DNA of 6,967 nucleotides from Octopus sinensis (lineage: Eukaryota). The position numbers were made by a program, and so were the translations under genes. Numbering within the stretch: the stretch's first letter is position 1; each line of letters opens with the position of its first letter. This document shows, piece after piece, positions 1-6,512 of this stretch. The stretch is from the NCBI RefSeq assembly GCF_006345805.1, contig NW_021829169.1:1-6967 (forward strand), written 5' to 3'. The notes below the pieces were generated by a model that was not told the DNA's origin, searched no databases, and saw nothing but the letters and a program-made list of their open reading frames with translations.

Positions 1-12
1 TATATATATACA

Positions 13-55
<43 letters not shown>

Positions 56-67
56 TAATATATATAC

Positions 68-99
<32 letters not shown>

Positions 100-153
100 T
101 ATATAGATGTGTGGTGTGTGTGTGTGTGTGGTGTGTGTGTGTGTGTGTGTGTG
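1..153. repeat. Compound microsatellite: (TA)n with TACA interruptions, then (GT)n
   Basis: Directly visible: (TA)n about 1-105 and (TG)n about 107-153. Confidence 0.97.
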
Positions 154-564
154 TAGGTATATGTATATGCATACAATAATTTGTACATACAAGAGACGCA
201 TACATATTCTTGGAAACCGACGCCATACATGCGTACTCGTATTCCTCTACACACCCAATATATATTTTCCATACAATGAGGTGCTGTATTATCGATCGTA
301 CATATACGCACTCACACACGTATATAATACACAGGCACATGCATCTATATATATATACATACACACACACATTTATATATCTTGAGGGAAAGAGAGACAG
401 AGACATGCATACATAGGTATATTTACACATGCGTCGACAATAGCAGGAAAGCCACTCTAAGACAAAGCATACGAAAAGGAAAAATTGGAGTACATTGACA
501 TACACATCAATCCATTCATGACATACACATATACATTTGCTATATCAGCTCCGGGATCCATTTA

Positions 565-586
565 TACATACATACATACATACATA

Positions 587-636
<50 letters not shown>

Positions 637-643
637 CATCATA

Positions 644-681
<38 letters not shown>

Positions 682-817
682 TATATATGTATGCACATAT
701 ATATGTATGTATGTATGCATGTATGCATGCACATATATATGTATGTATGTGTTGTATGTATGCACATATATATGTATGCATGTGTATGTATATATGCCAT
801 ATATATGTATGCATGTG

Positions 818-914
<97 letters not shown>

Positions 915-983
915 TGTATACATATATATATATATACGTATGTATACATGTATACATACATATATATATATATATATATACAC
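565..983. repeat. Long compound microsatellite (TACA)n / (TA)n / (TATG)n with recurring ATGCACATATATATGT units
   Basis: About 420 bp of almost continuous purine-pyrimidine alternation. It explains the overlapping Y/I/H/T/M/C/V-only ORFs in 485-1086. Confidence 0.97.
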
Positions 984-1415
984 ATTGATATTTCGAAGTG
1001 AAATATCTCTCATGGCTATCGGGTTGATATCATATACATGTATCGATATCACGTCCATAATTCAAATATATCCCGTTCGGCCATAATTTAGTAATTGCTA
1101 AATTCTAGATGCCACTTATAGAAGCCTACGTGTATTTTGTTATGAAAACAGAAAATATATGCGTGTGTGTGTATGTGCGTGTATGTATATATCCTTGTGT
1201 GTGCGTGAGTATGTGCGTGCGCGTGTATACATGTGTGTATCTTGAAATATATATATATTAGAAGAAATGAGTTACTCAGAAATTTGGATGGTTTTATATT
1301 TACAGATATTTATTTGTATATTACATGTTTTTATACATCATATAACTTATATTATATATCATATAATAGCGCTTTCGTCCATTCTGGTGGAGTTTTTAAA
1401 TTGAACCAAGTGTGC

Positions 1416-1420
<5 letters not shown>

Positions 1421-1472
<52 letters not shown>
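1421..1472. repeat. (AT)26 microsatellite
   Basis: Perfect dinucleotide run. Confidence 0.98.
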
Positions 1473-1481
<9 letters not shown>

Positions 1482-1498
1482 TTTTTAGATATTTTAAA

Positions 1499-1770
1499 CA
1501 TAGGTTTCCCAAAAAATAACCGGAAACGTTCCCTGTTGGACATGCCTATAGTTGTTCAGTCTTCTACGGCTCGAAGCCACTTGATGTGACCCTCAGGCAT
1601 TTGGCGTCGTCCAGTGACGTCGTATGGTCACGATGTGCATCTCTCTTTTGCGGTGCTTCTCCACTTTTGGTTGATTTTTGTTATTACTGAAACGAAAGAA
1701 CTGCATACTTCTGTGGAATTCTGTTTCTCTACTGGGGAAAACGGTGGCCGAATCAGTTGCCATGCTTCGA
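1499..1770 (+). mobile_element. 5' end of a decayed Tc1/mariner (mariner-type) DNA transposon: degenerate left TIR, 5' UTR and transposase N-terminus
   Basis: Codons from 1683 read ITETKELHTSVEFCF. After skipping one base (1728) they continue LLGKTVAESVAML. The joined peptide matches the mariner transposase N-terminal HTH pattern (EQRxxxKFCFxLGKTxxETxxML). CATAGGTTTCCCAAAAAATAACCGGAA at about 1499-1525 resembles a mariner TIR. No right TIR or DD34D domain seen. Confidence 0.72.
1683..1770 (+). pseudogene. Frameshifted mariner transposase N-terminal (HTH) fragment
   Basis: ITETKELHTSVEFCF/LLGKTVAESVAMLR, with a +1 frameshift at 1728 and ATT where the start ATG would be expected. Confidence 0.72.
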
Positions 1771-2108
1771 TTCCATCTTATTTTGACATGCGCATTGCGT
1801 TTTTTTCTTCACTTCCGCTTTACGAATTCAGTGTGCACATACACATTGCATGATCGTCCTTCTTTTCCCGGTTCCTACAAAAAACTGTTTACAGATCAAA
1901 ACTAGATTCTAATATTCAAGAATTCCTAAATCCTTTGGTTATCGTTTTTTTCTTCTTATTTGGATTTGGTTGCAAAAGGCAGAACGGGAGATAATTTAAA
2001 TATATACCAGAAAGGTTATATTTTACGCTGTTTGTCATACCTCCATTCTTGGATATGGGGTCGTGTTCATCGTTCACACACACACACACACCAATATAAC
2101 TTACGGTA

Positions 2109-2546
2109 TCTTATATATTAAAAAGCAAGTTGTCTGTCTGTCTGTGTGTTGTGTGAACCATTTCTACTCGTACGATTTTCAACCGAATTTCACCAAATTT
2201 GACAAATGTCCTCTATTTGACTTAAGACGCTTTTTCTTATAATTTTTTCCTTGAAATTCCTCGCTCCCAACTTCAATACACTACTCTCAATTTGCCTAGG
2301 ATTTGAACCCACCACGTCTACGCAATGGTACGCGTTTGATCTTATATATTAAAAGGCAAGTTGTTTACATGTGTGTGTGTTGTGTGAACCACTTCTACTT
2401 GTACAATTTTCAATCGAATTTCACAAATTTTTACAAATGTCCTCTAATTTGACTTAAGACGCTTTTTCTTATTTTTTCCTCGAAATTCCGCATCCCCCTC
2501 GACATAAATAGACTACTCTTAATTCACCTAGGATTTGGCTTGAACC
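2109..2546 (+). mobile_element. Two head-to-tail copies (231-bp period) of the 5' part of a non-autonomous Helitron-like element
   Basis: Copies start at 2109 and 2340, both as A|TCTTATATATTAAAA (Helitron-type 5' TC after A), followed by a GTCT/GT micro-repeat. The first 100 nt align ungapped at 87/100 (manual count). Similarity continues to CCTAGGATTTG...TGAACC (about 2309 and 2546). Confidence 0.7.
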
Positions 2547-2615
2547 ATCGAAAAAACGTGACACACCAGCTGGAAAAAAAATCAATACTTTGTCAGCTGT
2601 GGTGAAAATGATAAA

Positions 2616-3110
2616 ATGGTAGGATTCGGAGTTGAAATGTGGCTTTTTGCTACATTTGAAGACATCGAAATGATCCTCTATCAGATTGAGGTTGATGAGG
2701 AGAAAACGTTGAATGTGGTGGTGGAGGGACGGAGACCGAACTGCTATATATGCGGCGTGAGGGGGTCACATGAAGACCCAGTACCCCTTGTTTGAGTAAA
2801 CACAGAGCAAGAAGGTGGAGGAGGAGGAGAGGGAGGCGGAGGAGAAATTACATACAAGGAAAGATAAAAACGAGGAGGATGGCACACCCAGGAGGTTAAA
2901 GAGAAGGAAATGAGTAGGATGAAAGAAACAAAGGAGGTGGGGGGGGGTCACGGATTTGTTAGACTCCCAAAAAGGAAGAGAAGAAAGGCTTGGGAGAATT
3001 CAGCAGAACCAAAGAAAGGTATGGAAAGACTTGAAGCCAAAAATATGCAAGAGAGGGGAAAAAAAAAAGAGGAATGTAAATAAAAGGGTTCCTTGGTGGT
3101 GTATGGGAAG
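2616..3110 (+). pseudogene. Decayed retrotransposon ORF1/Gag-like fragment with a CCHC zinc knuckle (L1/Tx1-like LINE probable)
   Basis: From 2616: MVGFGVEMWLFATFEDIEMILYQIEVDEEKTLNVVVEGRRPNCYICGVRG. Removing one G from the run at 2761-2765 gives HMKTQYP, i.e. C-x2-C-x4-H-x4-(C>Y, TGC>TAC). A purine-rich E/K/R-coding tail follows (KKVEEEEREAEEK..., PKRKRRK) with several stops. Confidence 0.72.
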
Positions 3111-3111
3111 C

Positions 3112-3772
3112 GTGTCCTTGAGCAAGACACTTTATTTCCCATTACTCTTTACTCTTTTACTCTTTTACTTGTTTCAGTCATTTGACTGCGGCCATGCTGG
3201 AGCACCGCCTTTAGTCGAGCAAATCGACCCCGGGACTTATTCTTTTGTAAGCCCAGTACTTATTCTATCGGTCTCTTTTGCCGAACCGCTAAGTGACGGG
3301 GACGTAAACACACCAGCATCGGTTGTCAAGCAATGCTAGGGGGACAAACACACATACACAAACACACACACATACACACATATATATATATACATATATA
3401 CGACAGGCTTCATTCAGTTTCCGTCTACCAAATCCACTCAGAAGGCATTGGTCAGCCCGAGGCTATAGTAGAAGACACTTGCCCAAGGTGCCACGCAGTG
3501 GGACTGAACCCGGAACCATGTGGTTGGTTAGCAAGCTACTTACCACACAGCCACTCCTGCGCCTGCATTGCTCCAGTCCGCTCAGCTGGTAAAAATGAGT
3601 TGTAATTTAAAGGGCCAAACTTAGCACATTCTGTTTCTTGTTGAATCTCACTGAAAACTACGCTACGAGTATGCGTGTCTGTGGAGTACTCAGCCACTTG
3701 AAAGTTAAGTTCCATAAGCAGGTGGTTTCATTGATCGGATCATCTGGAACACTCGTCGTCGTCGTAACCGAC
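3112..3772 (+). mobile_element. Older 5'-truncated SINE, split by a younger SINE (parts 3112-3143 and 3566-3772)
   Basis: GTGTCCTTGAGCAAGACACTTTATTTC (a CCTTGRGCAAG motif typical just after SINE tRNA heads) rejoins across the insertion to CATTGCTCCAGTCCGCTCAGCTGGTAAAAATGAGT and ends ...CTCGTCGTCGTCGTAACCGAC. CATT is present on both sides of the insert (3140-3143, 3566-3569). Family recognition is from memory of octopus repeats. Confidence 0.65.
3144..3563 (-). mobile_element. Full-length tRNA-derived SINE (octopus-type) with an internal microsatellite and a tandem-repeat tail
   Basis: The minus strand starts GGCGCAGGAGTGGCTGTGTGGTAAG. Pol III A box TGGCTGTGTGG (3543-3553) and B box GGTTCAGTCCC (3500-3510), then ACCTTGGGCAAG, an internal TA/TG tract (about 3345-3400) and a 3' tail of (GTAAAAGA)n (about 3144-3168). 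Confidence 0.9.
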
Positions 3773-3782
3773 AAAAAGTTAC

Positions 3783-3857
3783 TTCTCTCTTTCTCTCTCT
3801 CGCTGTCCCCCTTTCTCTCCTCTATATACACTCACACATACACACGCACGCACATAC
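3783..3857. repeat. (CT)n then (CA)n simple repeat
   Basis: Directly visible. The CA tract continues on the other side of the fold-back element. Confidence 0.85.
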
Positions 3858-4101
3858 GGATCTTTTCCTTTTGAACGGCAGATGTCAACACAATTTCTAG
3901 TTAACTAAACACTTTTAAACTTCGTATACTGCTAGAATGTGTTTATAAAACATCTTTTTCTCTTGGTTCTATTGAGAAAATTCTATAGTTTGGAAGATAT
4001 TTCGTCTGAAAATCCGAGCTTTTCGGCAATTTTAACCAATCGATTACCTCCATTCAACTAAAATCATTTGCTGCGTCTAAAACCGAGACAGCATCCTGTA
4101 A

Positions 4102-4136
4102 CTAACCCTAAACCTCCCCCCTAACCCTAACCCTAA
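4102..4136 (-). repeat. Telomere-type (CCCTAA)3 plus a variant unit inside the left arm
   Basis: CCCTAA x3 at 4119-4136 and CTAACCCTAA at 4102-4111. Confidence 0.9.
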
Positions 4137-4228
4137 ATTTTTTCTCTTAATTGTTAAATTAATTTAATTCCATTGCTTCAGTTGCTACGTAACAATTAAA
4201 TTAATTTAACAATTAAGAAAAAAAAATG

Positions 4229-4262
4229 TAGGGTTAGGGTTAGGGGGCAGGTTTAGGGTTAG
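4229..4262 (+). repeat. Telomere-type TTAGGG repeats inside the right arm
   Basis: TAGGGTTAGGGTTAGGGGG at 4229-4247 and TTTAGGGTTAG at 4252-4262. Confidence 0.9.
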
Positions 4263-4491
4263 TTACAGGGTGTTGTCTCAGTTTTAGACGCAGCAAATGA
4301 TTTTAGCTCAAAAGAGAGCATAGGATTGGTTTAAATTCGAAAAATTAAACTACGTTAAACAAACAAATTACAATTTTATCAAGAAAGCCAAGAGAAAAAA
4401 ATGTTTTATTTTGACACATTCTACCAGTATACGAAGTTTTAAAGTGTTTAGTTAACTAGAAATTGTCTGCCGTTCAAAAGGAAAAGATCCG

Positions 4492-4811
4492 CACATACAC
4501 ACACATACAAGCACATACACACCTACATATGCTCATACACACACACACGTGCACACATACACACATGCACATACATGCACATATACATACACACGCACAT
4601 ATACACATGCACGCACATGTACACGCACACATACACACGCACACACGTGCACACATACACATTCACATACACGCACACACACATACATAGGCACGCACCT
4701 AAACACCTACGCATACACGCACATACACAAATACATATACTCACACACAACACACACCCACACACACATACACAACACACACACACACACGCACACAGAC
4801 ACGCACATGCA
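4492..4811. repeat. Degenerate (CA)n / CATA / CACG microsatellite
   Basis: About 320 bp of mostly alternating pyrimidine-purine sequence. It explains the H/T- and C/V-rich ORFs. Confidence 0.95.
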
Positions 4812-5101
4812 CCCATTAGAGACAGCTAGAGAGTGGGAGAAACGAACGTGCCACATTTTCCGCTGGTGTCAAAAGGTCGTGTTGTACATAGCTAAATGTG
4901 AGCTTGTCCCACCTGTAGCCATGTATCTGGTTACTTTGTCAATTGGCTTTCGATTGACTGTGAAGTGTGTGAGCAAACTTTTCTTGTTTAACAACAGGGC
5001 TGAGGAGAGATACGGCGATTTGTATGCTAAGCAAACTTACTGATCCACTCATCTCGTATACTTATTATTATTCATTTTTTATTTTGATTTTTAGAAGCGA
5101 G

Positions 5102-5180
5102 CGCCAGGACGTTGCAGAATCGGTGGAGCGTCGAACAAAATGCTTAGAGGTAATTCATCGCTTTTTATTCTAAGTAAATA
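5102..5180 (+). mobile_element. Degenerate SINE head fragment (related to the SINE at 5498)
   Basis: GCAGAATCGGTGGAGCGTCGAACAAAATGCTTAG resembles GCAGAACCGTTAGCACGCCGGGCGAAATGCGTAG at 5510-5543. Confidence 0.6.
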
Positions 5181-5189
5181 CTAACCCTA

Positions 5190-5768
5190 ACCTTCGTCAA
5201 GGCGGGAGGCATTGTTTTCAGTCGTGTTTGTTTGTCCGGGGACAAGATATCTCAAGAACCGATGAATGGATTCAGATGAAACTTTCAGAGATGTTTGGGC
5301 TCGTGACTGGCAAGAACTGATTAGATTTTGGGATCGATTCGGTTCGGGACAAGGATTCTGGAGTATTTTTCCTGTATTTTTACTTAATTTTTGAGAGCAG
5401 TCGGGTTCATTTTTAGTATTCTCATTTGTCGAGTTTATTTCACATATTCTCATTTTAAAAACCATCTCTGGCTAATCGTTGAGAGGACGTTGGTATTGGC
5501 GGAGAGCTGGCAGAACCGTTAGCACGCCGGGCGAAATGCGTAGCCGTATTTCGTCTGCCGTTACATTCTGAGTTCAAATTCTGCCGAGGTCGACTTTGCC
5601 TTTCATCCTTTCGGGGTCGATAAATTAAGTACCAGTCACGCACTGGGGTCGATGTAATCGACTTAAACCGTTTGTCTGTCCTTGTTTGTCCTCTCTGTGT
5701 TTAGCCCCTTGTGGGTTGTAAAGAAATAGGTATTGCCTTGGCGGAGGCTTGCGCTCTCTGAGTGCTCT
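5190..5768 (+). mobile_element. Non-autonomous Helentron-type element (HINE / DINE-1-like), interrupted by a SINE
   Basis: Subterminal inverted repeats CCTTCGTCAAGGC (5191-5203) and GCCTTGGCGGAGG (5735-5747), 11/13 complementary. Partial inverted copy GGCGGGAGG overlapping the 5' subTIR, a GTTT micro-repeat (about 5226-5235), and a short 3' hairpin GCGCTC-TCT-GAGTGC (5751-5765) followed by T-rich sequence. This is the established HINE architecture. Confidence 0.8.
5498..5728 (+). mobile_element. tRNA-derived SINE inserted in the HINE, with a 6-bp TSD
   Basis: Head GGCGGAGAGCTGGCAGAACCG (A-box-like 5508-5518), B box GTTCAAATTC (5572-5581), and central block GGTCGACTTTGCCTTTCATCCTTTCGGGGTCGATAAATTAAGTACCAG (5588-5635), which resembles the Meta/MESC-type SINE core as I recall it. 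GGTATT flanks both sides (5492-5497, 5729-5734). Confidence 0.88.
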
Positions 5769-5809
5769 TATTATTTATTTTATCTTCCATTTTGCTTTTT
5801 AGAAGCGAG

Positions 5810-5904
5810 GGCCGCGACCTAGCAGAATCGTTAGAGCGTCGAGCAAAATGCTCAGCAGCATTTCTTCCATTATTTACGTTCTGGCGTGAAACTACACCGA
5901 GGAC
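5810..5904 (+). mobile_element. Second degenerate SINE head fragment
   Basis: GGCCGCGACCTAGCAGAATCGTTAGAGCGTCGAGCAAAATGCTCAGC...TTTACGTTCTG...ACCGAGG is collinear with the head of the SINE at 5498-5589. Confidence 0.7.
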
Positions 5905-6063
5905 CTTAGAGAATTTCTTAAGGACTTTTATAATTTGAGCATCGTTTTTGAGAATAATCCTAAAGTGGCAAATTTCTTGGATGTCACTCTCGATCTCAAT
6001 TCTAGCTTACACTACCCTTTCCGAAAACCAAACCAAACTTACCAATATAGCAATCAAAGATAG
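5905..6063 (+). pseudogene. Penelope-like element (PLE) reverse transcriptase fragment (C-terminal RT motifs)
   Basis: Open frame LREFLKDFYNLSIVFENNPKVANFLDVTLDLNSSLHYPFRKPNQTYQYSNQR*. NFLDVTLDL followed by P(F/Y)RKPN is the characteristic PLE RT motif pair (FLD...YRKP). It is below the ORF-track size limit. Confidence 0.85.
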
Positions 6064-6398
6064 AGCTAAGCAATCACAATTGAATTAAGTTTAGTAAGTA
6101 TAGTGAGTGGTAAACGAGATAACACTAAAGTGATGTAATTATAAAAAAATAGCTGTTAGTCGTGGACTCGAACCCGAATATGTGGCTTTGCATGTATGGG
6201 AGAATTTATAAAATTGAAATAAAATAAAATAAAATAAATTAAGTGCTGAAGTGAAATGGTCCAGATGGCGGCGGGATCGAATTGTATGCGTATAAAGTTC
6301 CATTCAGGATCGACGAAAAATTTTCTGCAAGTACGTAAATGCCGTGTTCTGAGAATGGCCGGTATGTGATTGTGTATTTGTTCATGTTTTATATGTGT

Positions 6399-6512
6399 TG
6401 TATAGGACATCCTGATGAGGGGAGTGCCAATTTTAAGTACTATTTTAAGTACTGATATGTCTAGTATTAATTGGCACATCCCCGAAACGGCCCGTAGATG
6501 GACTTCTGTATA
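6399..6512 (+). ncRNA. Type I hammerhead ribozyme, probably in a Penelope pseudo-LTR; predicted cleavage after A6496 (GUA)
   Basis: CUGAUGA box 6412-6418. Helix II: GGGGA/UCCCC (6419-23/6479-83) plus GUGCCAAUU/AAUUGGCAC (6424-32/6469-77). GAAA 6484-6487. Helix III: ACG/CGU (6487-89/6493-95). H17 = A6496. Helix I: CAUC/GAUG (6408-11/6497-6500), a 3-nt GAC bulge, then UGUAUAGGA/UUCUGUAUA (6399-6407/6504-12). Confidence 0.88.

Larger units (their letters stand above)
3858..4490. mobile_element. Fold-back / MITE-like non-autonomous DNA transposon (633 bp, arms of about 300 bp, 8-bp TSD)
   Basis: Terminal 25 nt GGATCTTTTCCTTTTGAACGGCAGA (3858-3882) are the exact reverse complement of 4466-4490. 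The arms stay largely complementary up to 4169/4194, leaving a 24-nt spacer. Direct repeat GCACATAC at 3850-3857 and 4491-4498. Confidence 0.93.

Noticed and set aside
1097-1117. LLNSRCH peptide reminiscent of the C-terminus of a PLE GIY-YIG domain
   Set aside because: Too short, flanked by stop codons, and no other GIY-YIG motifs nearby.
99-1589. Many overlapping ORFs of 60-154 aa (YIYI, HTHT, CVCV)
   Set aside because: They are translations of TA/CA/TACA microsatellites, which lack stop codons in most frames. No domain content.
3490-3563. Functional tRNA gene (also considered for 5498-5585)
   Set aside because: A and B boxes are present, but I could not build a convincing cloverleaf, and both heads continue into SINE bodies and tails.
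2956-3874. ORFs 2956-3339, 3323-3592, 3333-3605 and 3638-3874
   Set aside because: They run through SINE sequence and cross element boundaries, so they are chance open frames.
4102-4262. Telomere-telomere fusion site or true chromosome end
   Set aside because: Only about 3 units per side, the orientation (CCCTAA...TTAGGG) is opposite to a fusion, and both blocks are mirror parts of a TSD-flanked element.
4463-5043. ORFs up to 164 aa, and a possible exon near 4998-5057 (acceptor-like TTTTCTTGTTTAACAACAG at 4979-4997)
   Set aside because: The ORFs are mostly CA-repeat translation. The non-repetitive part has no recognisable motif and no convincing matching donor site.
2181-5284. Shared internal motif between the Helitron-like units (2181-2200) and the HINE (5265-5284)
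   Set aside because: Only 11/20 identity in AT-rich sequence; too weak to claim.
6156-6479. 107-aa minus-strand ORF
   Set aside because: No recognisable domain, it includes a low-complexity (AAAAT)n stretch, and it is antisense to the hammerhead and RT fragment.
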